Assembly: GCA_965232155.1 (NCBI GenBank)
Contig: OZ246948.1
Location: 341,698 to 405,697, forward strand
Reading direction: 5' to 3'
Source of the DNA: Thermodesulfobacteriota bacterium
Lineage (GTDB): Bacteria > Desulfobacterota_D > UBA1144 > Nemesobacterales > Nemesobacteraceae
Length of the DNA: 64,000 nt
Shown here: in pieces, positions 1 to 10,187 of the stretch
Numbering within the stretch: position 1 is the first letter of the stretch
Layout of the letters: every line of letters begins with the position of its first letter
The notes under the pieces: model-generated
Databases searched by the model: none
The model's input: the letters and a program-made list of their open reading frames with translations, nothing else
Told to the model about the DNA's origin: nothing
Position numbers and translations under genes: made by a program

Positions 1-1730
1 CCCAGCGCGTCAAGGTTATCAAGACCCACCTCGAGTATGGCGGCTTCCACAAACACCTGCCTTCTCCTTACGTCAAGCTTGTCCACTATCTGCTTGACCA
101 TCCTGTACTGCGTGAGAGAACCGATCACTATGATGGAGTTTGTCGCCGGGTCCGAAGTTATCTTAAGCCCATCGTGCGAAGACACCATTACGGAAGCACT
201 GGTCTGCTCGCCTCCTCTCCTCTTGATATTCCCTCCTTGGGAACCTAGACCGCCGACATCTCCGCTGCTGCCCGCCTTACCTTCTCCGAGACGGCTTGAA
301 GACTGGCCGGTCCTGTCGGATTGCCGCGACCGGTCACTGTAGGAAACTGAAGACACTACACCCCCTTTCCCCTCCGCGAACAGATTTCCCAGAACTTCGA
401 TTATCTGCTCGGCATCGGCGTTTTTAACCGGTATAACGTAAACGTCCTGTTCGGCATGCTCGCTCTCGATGTCCAAAACGGCGATCGTCTCCTTTATCAG
501 GGGAAGGTCCCTCGGGTCGGCAATCACTATTATGGAATTTGTCCTCTCGTCGTTTATCACTTTAAACCCTAGGAGATCAGAGCTTCCGGATATGAAACCG
601 TCATTCTCGCCCTTTTTTGACTGCTTGGTCTTGCGGTCTTGAGGGTTAAAAATCTCCAGCAGTTTGAAAATGACGTTGGACGAATTTGTGTTATGCACTC
701 TGACGAACTCTATTTTCTTCTCGTAATCAAGATTCGCAATCACTGCGGCGACCTTGTTCACGTTCTGTTCATTATCAATCACCACCAGGGTATTCGACGG
801 TTCGTGAGGCTTTATAAATCCATCCTTGCTAACCAGAGCTCGAAGGACGTTGGAAACTCCTTTGGCTTTTACGCTCTTAAGCTTTATCAGCTTCATCACG
901 TATTTCTGGGAAGACTCCGCAGGGTCGAAGTCCAGTCTTAACGGTATGCTCTCTGCTTTTATCCCCTTTTTCGGGACAATCTTGTTGACTCCCTCTGCGC
1001 TTATGACCGAATAGCCGTTCATATCAAGCAGTATTTCAAAAATCCTAAACGCATTCTCCCTCTCGAAACCGCCCTGGGGAGTTATGATTGTCACGTTTTT
1101 GTCCCTGATCTTGTCACTCAGGAGATAAACCTCGGAGGTGATCTCGCTTATGGTCTTTACAATCTCTTTAAGCGTCATGTTGGCGCGAAGGTTGACCATC
1201 CCTTCGTCTTCGGGAATTTGCCCACCTTCTTCCCCAACAGCCTCAGCGTCCGAGACCGCAGCTGTTTCCTCAACTGAATCCCCGGCGGCCGGAGGCGATA
1301 TTTCCTCAGATTCCTTCGCCTCGAGTTCAGGGACTTCCTTAACTTCGGCTACAGTTTCCTGCTCCGCCAAATCGAGCGGAATGCCGGGGTCCTCGCTCAA
1401 ACCCTCGAGAGTCTCGTCGCCAGAGACTTTCACCGCATCTTTCCCAAGAGGCCTTAAATCTTCCTTGCCCGGGTCCTTTGCGGCCTCCTCGGCCAACAAC
1501 TCCGCGGCTTCCTCGGCAATATCAGCGGGCTTCGCGGGCGAGCTCTCCCCGCTTGTTTTTTTAAGCCTTGTGCCTGGAGCGACAACAACCTTAGCCCTCG
1601 TAAGATCCGGAAGCGGCTCGGACTTCTCTGCAGAAGCCGGCTGGGGACAGAGAACAGAAGCGGAAAAAACGAGAACCGCAGACAGAACTGGGAAAAGATT
1701 TTTATTCAGAAAGTATCTCATAACCTGTTT
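1..1730 (-). CDS. gspD: Type II secretion system secretin GspD, partial; the C-terminus lies beyond the window start. Not in the supplied ORF track; found by manual translation.
   Basis: Manual reverse-complement translation gives MRYFLNKNLFPVLSAVLVFSASVLCPQPASA, a signal peptide. A roughly 170 aa acidic E/A/S-rich low-complexity region follows. After that come N0/N1-like domains (NVTIITPQGGFERENAFRIFEILLDMNGYSV, IIVIADPRDLPLIKETIAVLD) and the start of the secretin domain (RRQVFVEAAILEV). The ATG is at 1728-1730 on the minus strand. Confidence 0.75.
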
Positions 1731-1763
1731 TAACCTTAAGAAACTGAATTTTTCGTATTAGGC

Positions 1764-2711
1764 CTAGTAGACCGTGTACCGGTTGCTCTTTCTTTTACCT
1801 TTTCTCGTGAAATCAACGGTAAACTCACTCTGGCCCTTCAAGTCGGTAAAAAGCGAAAGAGCGTTCTGTACATCGTTTAAAGCAACTTCATTTATCTGGT
1901 GAACTATATCCCCGTTTCTAAGACCCATCTTATAAAACACACTCCGGCTTCTCACTCCGAAGATCTTGATACCGTCATCGCGCGGCACAATCTTAGCCTC
2001 GGTTATTAAACTGCTAGGCTCAGAGAGCAGCTCATCAAACATCCTTCTCTCTATCTGGTACAAGCCCTCGCTGACTTGGCTGACTCCTGAAGCCGACGAC
2101 TTTCCTGACTTAACAGACGGATTGTTCCTTCTTGAAGAACTCGAGGGGCTTTTTGCAAAAACGGATTCAAGCTCGTTTCCGCAGGTAATCAATTCGGGGC
2201 CTTCCGCCCTTCGTATAGTCACCTCGCAGTCATCTATCTTCATTACCTCCACTTTCTCGGATGTCACAAAATCAACCAGCTGCCCTTCAGAATAACCCTT
2301 TATTTTGCTATTTTCCATATTCTTTATCACGGCGATGCTCTTGTTGGCCGCAGAATTAGTGCGGCTTTTGAGTATGAAAGTTCCAAGAAGTTCAAGCTTG
2401 AGGGATGTTTTCGGGGTAAGTTCCCCCTCGAAGACTTCCGAAAAGTCACCCGTTTCCATCTGTCCAGAATACCCGCCCGCTCCAAACAGACTCGTTTTCA
2501 GTATAGAGTCGTAGTACTCCCTCGAACGATAGGGAATCTTAACCCCTCCGTATTTCTCCTTGTAGATGTGTTCGCCTGTCAGGCCACCCTTGTCGGATTC
2601 TATCTTGTCGCGCAGGCCGTTGTTGATCATGGCCGAAACCGAGTACGCAATGGCAACTATCAGCAAGATATTTACAACCCAGACATACTTTCTTAAAATA
2701 ACTAAAACCAT
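1764..2711 (-). CDS. gspC: Type II secretion system protein GspC-like (N-terminal TM anchor, C-terminal PDZ domain)
   Basis: N-terminal hydrophobic anchor VVNILLIVAIAYSVSAMI. C-terminal PDZ-like segment GVRSRSVFYKMGLRNGDIVHQINEVALNDVQNALSLF. Sits immediately upstream of, and co-oriented with, the secretin gene. Confidence 0.55.
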   Translation of the reverse strand: MVLVILRKYVWVVNILLIVAIAYSVSAMINNGLRDKIESDKGGLTGEHIYKEKYGGVKIPYRSREYYDSILKTSLFGAGGYSGQMETGDFSEVFEGELTPKTSLKLELLGTFILKSRTNSAANKSIAVIKNMENSKIKGYSEGQLVDFVTSEKVEVMKIDDCEVTIRRAEGPELITCGNELESVFAKSPSSSSRRNNPSVKSGKSSASGVSQVSEGLYQIERRMFDELLSEPSSLITEAKIVPRDDGIKIFGVRSRSVFYKMGLRNGDIVHQINEVALNDVQNALSLFTDLKGQSEFTVDFTRKGKRKSNRYTVY

Positions 2712-2874
2712 AGTAAATTCCTAAATTAATTCTACGTAATTTAATAAGATAACTTATTTTTTGTCAATATCCCCCCATTACCACGAAAACGCAACTCTTC
2801 GGAAACTCAGAATTCTCAAGCGATATCGCGCAGAGGTTTTTAAAATGCCAGTGCAAATGCTCACCCGCTCCGAT

Positions 2875-3900
2875 TCATCCCCCCACCTCGGAAACAACGG
2901 GGAAGTTTTCAAGCACGGAACAAAAATACCGCTTTTCAAGATCATATATATCAAAAGCAAGTTCTGAAGCCCGCTCGAAGCCCTCTCCAGATGAAGCACT
3001 CTCGCTTATCTCCTTGAAAAGCATTCCCATGTCGTACCACTTCTGACCGATACTGTTCATCTCGTCGGGAAGGCCAGCCCCGTAAAAAGGGGAAAGCACC
3101 GGGGAAACCTCCTTGAGAAAATCCCTGTAAAACCACCTGAAAGCAGCCCCGCAGACCCCCCTTCTGCATATGACCTGGTATGTAAACCTCGAGGCCCACT
3201 TCCAGTCAGCAAGGTTTCTCCAACTGGGAAGGTCCTCGGCCCATTGCTTTATAATCTCAACGCTTGAGGTTCCTCTTAGAGTGGTCCTGCCTTCAAGCAT
3301 CATCTCGGCGTTTTTTCTCACGGCACCGAGAATCATGTCCTCAGCATCGAAGCCGTGTTCGAGAGACCTCACTTCAACACGGTTGTTAGAAAGAGGGTAC
3401 GGCCTTGCTTTTGAGCTTCTCGCTTTCGTCATGTTCTCAAAAGAGACAGTCTGGAGATCTTCAAACGAATTGTCCGCCACGTAAAAAACGGACTCGGAAT
3501 CGTCGTATCCGCATACCGCTATTATGTGTCCGGGGAAATGGGTTTTGGAGTCAAAGTATTCAAGGTAGCAGATATCGGCCTGTATCAACACCGGAACGTC
3601 CCTGTCGATAAATTCCCTAAGTTCAGCCGAGGCCCGCTCGTTGTCGTCCTCGTACTTCCAGTCGGTAACGCCAACACCGAAACTTCTCAGGAAATTAATT
3701 TCCATCAAGGGGCCGCGGGGCTGTATAACCCTGCTCGGGTTCATTCCCTCCTCGCAGGAGTAATAAAAACCGAGCCCGGCTCCCAGCCCGAAACACATCT
3801 GCTCTGAGAGATCGTGTCCGTAGTAGAGGCATACATCTCGCAACGCCGCGGAGCCGCAGTGCACGCCTCTTAAGTGTTTCCAGCCATTTATTATCTTCAT
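2875..3900 (-). CDS. BtrH N-terminal domain family protein (papain-like fold, BtrH_N + DUF4872-type architecture). Start uncertain; alternative ATG at 3951 would add a hydrophobic segment.
   Basis: Motif HLRGVHCGSAALRDVCLYYGHDLSEQMCFGLGAGLGFYY matches the conserved HCxS..LSE.M.FGLG.GLGF signature of BtrH_N proteins. About 340 aa if started at MKIINGW. Confidence 0.55.
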   Translation of the reverse strand: MKIINGWKHLRGVHCGSAALRDVCLYYGHDLSEQMCFGLGAGLGFYYSCEEGMNPSRVIQPRGPLMEINFLRSFGVGVTDWKYEDDNERASAELREFIDRDVPVLIQADICYLEYFDSKTHFPGHIIAVCGYDDSESVFYVADNSFEDLQTVSFENMTKARSSKARPYPLSNNRVEVRSLEHGFDAEDMILGAVRKNAEMMLEGRTTLRGTSSVEIIKQWAEDLPSWRNLADWKWASRFTYQVICRRGVCGAAFRWFYRDFLKEVSPVLSPFYGAGLPDEMNSIGQKWYDMGMLFKEISESASSGEGFERASELAFDIYDLEKRYFCSVLENFPVVSEVGG

Positions 3901-4047
3901 AAGAAGCCGCAGGACTAAGAAAACTAATATAGCCGGAAATCGATATTCCATAAAGACCCTGTTAATAGCACACTCATCTCTCGGGGAAGTCGTCTTGATC
4001 ATTGCGCCAGAACGGATATTAGTAATCACCACCGCGGATGAATCACC

Positions 4048-4989
4048 ATGCTTGAGAAAATCCTTAAAAATTCGAAGAAAGCTATTTTGCTCGGAATAGG
4101 AGGAGGCGGAGATATAGTCGGAACCCTCCCGACGGCAAACCTGCTCGAGATAAACGGAACACAATGCATTCTGGGAGGGCTTAGCTGGGAACGTTTCACG
4201 ATAGACCCCGATCCGGGACCCAGAAAACTTGAAGAATCACGCAACGTCCGCGAGATAAACGACGTGGTCTGGAGATGCAATAAAGACTCCACTACCCGAG
4301 GGGGAGCGAGATTCGCCGAAGCAGGCATGGCCGAAGTTCTGGGAGAGGAGACTCTTCTCGTCGATATCAGTTACGGTCCGGAAAGGGTTTTTGAGGGAAT
4401 AACGGACGCCGCCCAAAAACTCGGCGCAGATCTGGTGGTGGGAATAGACGTCGGGGGAGATGTGCTTGGATTCGGAGATGAAAAAGGACTCATGAGTCCG
4501 CTTGCAGACGCTATAATGACCGCGGCACTTTACAGACAGAGTTTTCAGATGCCCACAGTAATGGGAGTATTCGGCTTCGGAAGCGACGGAGAGCTTTCAA
4601 AAGAGGAGCTTGAAAGATCGTTTGGAATCATAGCACGGAACAACGGAATGCTCGGCAGCTGGGGCATATCGCCAAGGACACTGGAATTAATGGGAAAGGC
4701 GATAAGCGTAATACCCACCGAGGCTAGCAGAGGACCCGTTAAATACGCAAAAGGAGTTTTCAGCACCACTTCAATAAGAAACGGCAGAAGAAAAGTCGAA
4801 CTTGATATAAGGTCCACAGTAACTTTCTACGCAGACCCCCGAGTGGTTTACGAAAAGGTGTCAAGACCCGCACAAGCGGTCTACGGATGCAGAACGATAG
4901 AGGAAGCAAACATAAGGCTTAACGAAGCGGGAATAAGAACGGAACTTGATATTGAAATGGATCTTTATGAAAATCTCGGGAAAAACTAA
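4048..4989 (+). CDS. Conserved hypothetical protein, DUF1152-like (glycine-rich GIGGGGD N-terminal motif)
   Basis: 313 aa ORF. The N-terminus AILLGIGGGGDIVGTLP and a second glycine-rich block VVGIDVGGDVLGFGDEKG resemble the archaeal-type DUF1152 family. No signal peptide. Confidence 0.45.
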   Translation: MLEKILKNSKKAILLGIGGGGDIVGTLPTANLLEINGTQCILGGLSWERFTIDPDPGPRKLEESRNVREINDVVWRCNKDSTTRGGARFAEAGMAEVLGEETLLVDISYGPERVFEGITDAAQKLGADLVVGIDVGGDVLGFGDEKGLMSPLADAIMTAALYRQSFQMPTVMGVFGFGSDGELSKEELERSFGIIARNNGMLGSWGISPRTLELMGKAISVIPTEASRGPVKYAKGVFSTTSIRNGRRKVELDIRSTVTFYADPRVVYEKVSRPAQAVYGCRTIEEANIRLNEAGIRTELDIEMDLYENLGKN

Positions 4990-5343
4990 CTACCGGTCGC
5001 TCCAGACCGCCAGCTCATTGCGGTTGGGATCTAAAAAATGGAACCGGCGCCCGCCGGGGAAGGAGAATATCGGCTTGCAGAGTTCGCCCCCGGCGGCAGT
5101 GATACGTTCCAGCGTGGCTTCCAGATCTTCTGCGTAAAGCACCACCAGCGCAGCACCCCGGTTGCTGTCGGAATGCAGCGGGGAGTGATAAAACCCGCCG
5201 TCCATACTACCGTCATTGAAGGCGCAGTAGCAGTCTCCGTAGTCTTGGAAGGTCCAGCCAAACACGTCACCGTAAAAGGCCTTGATTTTAGCGAAATCCT
5301 CCGCGGGCAACTCGACATAATTGATCCGGGAGTCTTCTTTCAT
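4990..5343 (-). CDS. VOC family protein (glyoxalase/bleomycin-resistance fold)
   Basis: INYVELPAEDFAKIKAFYGDVFGWTF is the typical betaalpha-beta3 VOC N-terminal motif. 117 aa. Confidence 0.7.
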   Translation of the reverse strand: MKEDSRINYVELPAEDFAKIKAFYGDVFGWTFQDYGDCYCAFNDGSMDGGFYHSPLHSDSNRGAALVVLYAEDLEATLERITAAGGELCKPIFSFPGGRRFHFLDPNRNELAVWSDR

Positions 5344-5410
5344 GATCGCACACCATCTGGACGCAGCCCGCTTCCTTGAGTAGGAATATCAGGCCGGCCG
5401 CTTCTGCTGT

Positions 5411-5815
5411 TCAATAGAGTTTTTCGTGAATAAGCTTGAGCATACGCCTTGACTCTTCCTCATTTCCCCAGACGCCCACGCGGACATTCAGATCAGTTAT
5501 TTCGGGTTTGTCGTACTTGACGGTTATATAGACCATTTTATCCTGCTCGCGAAGCTTGGCTTCGATAAGCGCCTTGCCCACCTTGCTTTCTTTTTTGGTT
5601 ACCTCAAGCTCCTGCTGCTCCACAACCTCTACAACCGCAAACCAGACCTTGTCAAACGAAGCAGGTTCCTTGGTTTTAAGAACTCCCTTGAGATAAGATG
5701 CGGCACCCACACCGATCACACCACCGGCCACTACCGCACAACCCGAAGAAAAAACAGTTAAGAACAACAAAAGAAACAGAGTACGATACTTTTTTGGCAG
5801 GAAATTCATCTTCAC
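5411..5815 (-). CDS. Lipoprotein (DUF3568-like), with signal peptide and lipobox
   Basis: Signal peptide LFLLLFLTVFSSGCAV containing lipobox SSGC. 134 aa. Confidence 0.45.
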   Translation of the reverse strand: MKMNFLPKKYRTLFLLLFLTVFSSGCAVVAGGVIGVGAASYLKGVLKTKEPASFDKVWFAVVEVVEQQELEVTKKESKVGKALIEAKLREQDKMVYITVKYDKPEITDLNVRVGVWGNEEESRRMLKLIHEKLY

Positions 5816-6087
5816 TCCCGGCAGGCTTTACAAAAAATCTGTATGGTTAGTTAACCTAACTTAGGAAGAAAAAGAGTCAACATCCATGGAATCCCTCATA
5901 TCAAAAACAGGTTGGTTCTGAGAATAATCGCGGGCGCTTTGCTGGATGGCGCTGCGGGCCGTCGGGCTCCCCATAGAGGGCATAGGTATAATACTTGCGA
6001 TCGACCGGTTTTTGGACAGGTTCCGCACCACCGTAACCGTATGGGGAGACAGTATAAGAACGGCGGTCATAGAGGAACTGGAGCCCG

Positions 6088-6534
6088 ATGAAAATACCGA
6101 CTGAAAAGCAAAACAGGACTTCGGGGAGGATAATCTCGCTTGACATAGGAACCAAAACGATAGGGGTTGCCGTAAGCGACGAGCTGGGGATCACGGCAAA
6201 CGGCGTATGTACCATAAGCCGGGAAAACGAGAAAAAAGACCTTGCGCAGCTTCGCGATGTAACAGAGCGATATTCTCCTTGCGAAATCCTCGTGGGGATA
6301 CCCTACAACCAGGACGGTTCCCTCGGAAACAGGGCAAAGAGCATAAAGAAATTTTCCGAACGCATTCGAGATTCTCTGGGCCTTTCGGTGAAATACTGGG
6401 ACGAGAGCTTCTCTACCAAGACTGCGGAGCAGACACTGATAGAAGCGGGTATGGGAAGAAAGAAGCGAAAAACGATAATAGACAAGATGGCCGCTACAGT
6501 AATACTGGAAGAGTATCTTCTGAGCAGAGACTAG
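6088..6534 (+). CDS. ruvX: Holliday junction resolvase-like protein RuvX/YqgF
   Basis: [21 protein letters not shown] and [14 protein letters not shown] are RuvX signatures. 148 aa. Confidence 0.85.
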   Translation: MKIPTEKQNRTSGRIISLDIGTKTIGVAVSDELGITANGVCTISRENEKKDLAQLRDVTERYSPCEILVGIPYNQDGSLGNRAKSIKKFSERIRDSLGLSVKYWDESFSTKTAEQTLIEAGMGRKKRKTIIDKMAATVILEEYLLSRD

Positions 6535-6553
6535 GTCTCAGGACAGGACTGAC

Positions 6554-7345
6554 ATGCCATACGCAAACACAAACGGAATAAGTCTTTATTACGAAGAGTG
6601 CGGAGAGGGATATCCGCTAGTGCTCATCCACGGTCTTGGAAGCAGTCTTGAGAGCTGGGAGACACAGGTTCCCATCTACTCGGAGCATTTCCGCGTGATA
6701 GTGCTCGACAACAGGGGCTCGGGCCGCTCCGAGAAACCCGATTATCCCTATACGATGGAACAGATGGCGGATGACGCCGCGGGGCTTTTGGATTTTCTCG
6801 GGATAGAAAAAGCTCACTTCGTTGGAAAATCAATGGGCGGAATGATATGCCAGTGGCTGGGTATAAAATACCCCGAGAGGGTAAACAAGCTCGTCATGGG
6901 ATGCTCCTCAGGGCACAGGGACGAGGTCGGAAACCTGCTTATCAAAACCGTGAGGGACATAGTGGATAAAGCGGGGCCCGGGGCGGGATGGGTTTTTGCG
7001 CTTTTCCTCGGATACCGAAGGAAATATATCGAAGAGAACTACGACTCCTTGATAGGCAGAATCCGGGAAGTTCCCGTTGACCCAGATGCGGCCGCCGGAT
7101 ACAGAAACCAGAGTTACGCGTGCGAGAACCACGACGTATTAGCCCAACTCGGGAAGATCTCCGCGAAAACCCTGGTCATGTATGGAGAGCGGGACATTGT
7201 CACGCCTCCCGAGAGATCGAAAAAGCTCGTGGAACTTATACCGAGCACGGCAGAAAAAGCGTTTGCGGACGTCGGCCACGGATTCTGGAGAGAATGCCAA
7301 GCCGAAGTGGATAAAGCCGTGCTTGATTTTCTCACAAAAGACTAG
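6554..7345 (+). CDS. Alpha/beta fold hydrolase
   Basis: HGLGSS oxyanion region. Nucleophile elbow GKSMGG. C-terminal His in DVGHGF. Confidence 0.75.
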   Translation: MPYANTNGISLYYEECGEGYPLVLIHGLGSSLESWETQVPIYSEHFRVIVLDNRGSGRSEKPDYPYTMEQMADDAAGLLDFLGIEKAHFVGKSMGGMICQWLGIKYPERVNKLVMGCSSGHRDEVGNLLIKTVRDIVDKAGPGAGWVFALFLGYRRKYIEENYDSLIGRIREVPVDPDAAAGYRNQSYACENHDVLAQLGKISAKTLVMYGERDIVTPPERSKKLVELIPSTAEKAFADVGHGFWRECQAEVDKAVLDFLTKD

Positions 7346-7383
7346 CTACACGGAACTGTACATGTGTATGCAGTTTCTTTTTT

Positions 7384-9681
7384 CTATGAACCGCGTCGGT
7401 AGGTTAGCTGAACACCGAAGGTTCTGCCTTTGGAGAGCGGTGCGAATGAACCTCCCGCAGCCGCGCTTAAGCTGAGAAATCCCAGGGTTTCGGGAAGATC
7501 GGTATAGCTTCCGTGTTTGACCTTGTCAAGAAGGTTCTTTCCGTAAAATCCGATTGAAAAATTACCGCTCATTGGAGTGATATCAATTCCGGCGTCAACA
7601 ATCTTCTGCTCCGGAGTATATCCTCTATTGTCATCTGTAAGGTATGTTTTGCTGCGATGTGAGTAGCTTACCCTTGAAGTCATCTTCGCCCATTTCAAAA
7701 GTCCAGTGTTATGGGTCGCACCGACACTCCAGGTCCAATTGGCGGCCCGGGGAAGCTTTAAAGCCTTATCTTTTCCGTCAACGATGCCATCTAGGTTGAG
7801 GTCGTCCTTTACTTTGGTGTACTCGGGGTCTACGTATCCGACGGAACCCAGAAGAAAAAGCTGATCGGTAATGCCTATCAGTCCGTCAATTTCAAAGCCG
7901 AAGGCTTCTACGTCTGCAGTGTTGCGAACCACCTGTGCTATGCCTCCCTCGAAGGAAGGAAGAGTTATTACCCTTTGCACATCATCGATCATGTTATAGA
8001 AAATCGCGCCGTTCACGATGCCAATGCTCGTTGACATCTTTAATCCCGCCTCGAAGGTATCGATCTTTTCTTCGTCGTACGGTCCCGGGAGTTCCACATC
8101 TGAGGTATAGGTATTTCGCACATTATAACCTCCAGAGCGGAATCCCCTGGTCCAGTGCCCGTAAATGTTCGCTTCAAAACCCTCTCCGCCACCCAAATAA
8201 TAGGCAGCGCCGAGCTTGGGCGACCAGCTCTTCCAAGTCTCCTCGTCGCTGAAATCAAACTGGCATTCGGGTCCCTTAGCAACGTTGCATGGCATTGTCG
8301 TTCCTATCAGGCCGCTTGTGTTGGAAATGCCGGAAGCGGTCTCAACTTCTCTCTTTTCGTAGCTGTAACGGGTGCCCGCGGTAAGCGTTATCCGATCCGT
8401 AAGATCGTAATCAAGAGACAAAAACACACCTAGCGTATCGACATGGTAATCCCCTCCCAAGTCTTGAGTAAGGTGTATTCCGGCGGGCAAAACCCCATCC
8501 GCAACAAGTCTGTCGAGATGATCTCCAATCAGATAACGACGGTCATGATAATTTATCTCGCTTGTAAAGTAATAAAAGCCGGTCGTCACGTGGAGCTTTT
8601 CGAAGAATCTGCCCGTGTAGCGCAGTTCGTCGCTCCACTGGCGGTAGGGGGTCCATCCTCGTATATTGAGAATGTTTTGCGGCGAAGAATCGACATCAAC
8701 CAAAGCGGTCCCGTCTGCGTCGTAAAAACCGAATACGTTGGTTATTGTGCCATCTCCGAAATCCACATCCCAGTCAATCTGAGCGGAGAAAAAATGATTT
8801 CTATGCTCCCTGAAGCCTTCCTCGTCGATGCTGAAATCATGACTATCGATATCAAAGTCGCGCCAGTTCTGTCCAGCGGTGCCATCGCTGGACGAATTTT
8901 CGTACCGGTAGCGCAGAACAAGGCTTAAGTCATCCGTCGGATTCCACATAATCACCGGCCGTATCATCCGTGTGTCGTTCTCTCCGAAAGTTTTGCCCGT
9001 GTGGAGATTCTTAAACCAGCCGTTATCCTGATTTGTGTACGCGCTTAGCTGCACGCTGACTGTCTCGCTAATCGGGCCTGCGATTGTGCCCATGTAATAG
9101 CTGTTAAGGCTCTCCCCTCCTCCTTCAAACGAAGTGCGGACCGATACCTCAAGAGCATCCCCCGGTTTCTTAGTATTGACCAGTATGGCGCCCCCTGTAA
9201 CATTCCGCCCGAAAAGCGTTCCCTGTGGTCCCCTCAGCACCTCTATGCTTTCAATATCGAAGGTATCAAACAAAACGGTGGTTATCTGCCCCAGATACAC
9301 GCCGTCGACAAATACTCCCACGGTCGGATCAACAGACGTTATGGAGCTGGTTATTCCTACACCGCGGATGGAAAAGTTGGCCACTGCCAGTCCCGAGATG
9401 GCATCGTCAAGCGCCACATTGGGCATGTGTACCGCAAGACTTTCAAGATCATCTACTTTCAAAGCTTCAATCTTTTCCGAACTGAAATGGGTGATAGACA
9501 GAGGAACGTTCTGAAGCAGCTCTTCTCGTTTTCGGGCGGTAACCGTGATTTTTTTGAGAACTACGCCGCTTACCCCGAACACACCCTGTCCAACTGCGTC
9601 ATCGTCCTGTGCAACAGCGTCACCACTGCCGAGCGACGCTAGGAGCACACATACGAGAAACGCACATAAAAACCACTTCAT
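7384..9681 (-). CDS. TonB-dependent outer membrane receptor
   Basis: Signal peptide MKWFLCAFLVCVLLASLGSG. Plug-domain motifs VTARKREELLQNVPLSIT and IEVLRGPQGTLFGRNVTGGAI. Long beta-barrel body. The ORF track's longer N-terminus was trimmed to the signal-peptide Met. Confidence 0.8.
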   Translation of the reverse strand: MKWFLCAFLVCVLLASLGSGDAVAQDDDAVGQGVFGVSGVVLKKITVTARKREELLQNVPLSITHFSSEKIEALKVDDLESLAVHMPNVALDDAISGLAVANFSIRGVGITSSITSVDPTVGVFVDGVYLGQITTVLFDTFDIESIEVLRGPQGTLFGRNVTGGAILVNTKKPGDALEVSVRTSFEGGGESLNSYYMGTIAGPISETVSVQLSAYTNQDNGWFKNLHTGKTFGENDTRMIRPVIMWNPTDDLSLVLRYRYENSSSDGTAGQNWRDFDIDSHDFSIDEEGFREHRNHFFSAQIDWDVDFGDGTITNVFGFYDADGTALVDVDSSPQNILNIRGWTPYRQWSDELRYTGRFFEKLHVTTGFYYFTSEINYHDRRYLIGDHLDRLVADGVLPAGIHLTQDLGGDYHVDTLGVFLSLDYDLTDRITLTAGTRYSYEKREVETASGISNTSGLIGTTMPCNVAKGPECQFDFSDEETWKSWSPKLGAAYYLGGGEGFEANIYGHWTRGFRSGGYNVRNTYTSDVELPGPYDEEKIDTFEAGLKMSTSIGIVNGAIFYNMIDDVQRVITLPSFEGGIAQVVRNTADVEAFGFEIDGLIGITDQLFLLGSVGYVDPEYTKVKDDLNLDGIVDGKDKALKLPRAANWTWSVGATHNTGLLKWAKMTSRVSYSHRSKTYLTDDNRGYTPEQKIVDAGIDITPMSGNFSIGFYGKNLLDKVKHGSYTDLPETLGFLSLSAAAGGSFAPLSKGRTFGVQLTYRRGS

Positions 9682-9861
9682 TCCAGATTTGAATTCTCTT
9701 TTAATTATTTCGATACCCCTTTTTTGTGCACAGGAATTATAACATAACCCTGCGCGAAAAACCCAAGTCATCAGATTTACTGCATAACGGGACTTACAGC
9801 ACGGCATGAAACGCCCGGTCACGACGGACGGACAGGCGCGCCTCACCGCGCAGGCAGCGAA

Positions 9862-10110
9862 TCAGGCAACGGGAATGGAATTTTCGAGCAGAAGAATCGG
9901 TATGTTCTCCCTTACGGGGTAGAGATATTCCCCGCTGCGGCAAATAAGTCCCCCCTCGATTTTCTCAGAAACCCGCTCTCCTGATCTGTCAACGAGAGTT
10001 CCAAGCTCAACAAGTTCGTTAAGCCGCGTAATAATCTCCCGACTGGCTTCTTCAAGAGGTTTCCCGGTCTCAGGACACACGAGAATTTCAAGCAGTTCCT
10101 TGTCAATCAT
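9862..10110 (-). CDS. Trm112/UPF0434 family protein
   Basis: LLEILVCPETGKPLEE and the C-terminal YPVRENIPILL match the Trm112-like family. 82 aa. Confidence 0.6.
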   Translation of the reverse strand: MIDKELLEILVCPETGKPLEEASREIITRLNELVELGTLVDRSGERVSEKIEGGLICRSGEYLYPVRENIPILLLENSIPVA

Positions 10111-10187
10111 TCGGTTTCAGGATTAACGGTTTGCGAAGGCACCCTCCAGGATACAAACGCAGGGGACCCTCGCTCACAAGAAGTCTT

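Noticed and set aside
1138-1761. 207-aa Ser/Ala-rich ORF on the plus strand
   Set aside because: It is the antisense reading of the acidic low-complexity N-terminal region of the gspD secretin gene. There is no independent coding evidence.
5816-6087. Near-palindrome GGTTAGTTAACCTAAC(T) at about 5847-5864 in the ruvX / lipoprotein divergent region
   Set aside because: Imperfect (5 of 6 in the outer arms) and short. It may be an operator but cannot be distinguished from chance without comparative data.
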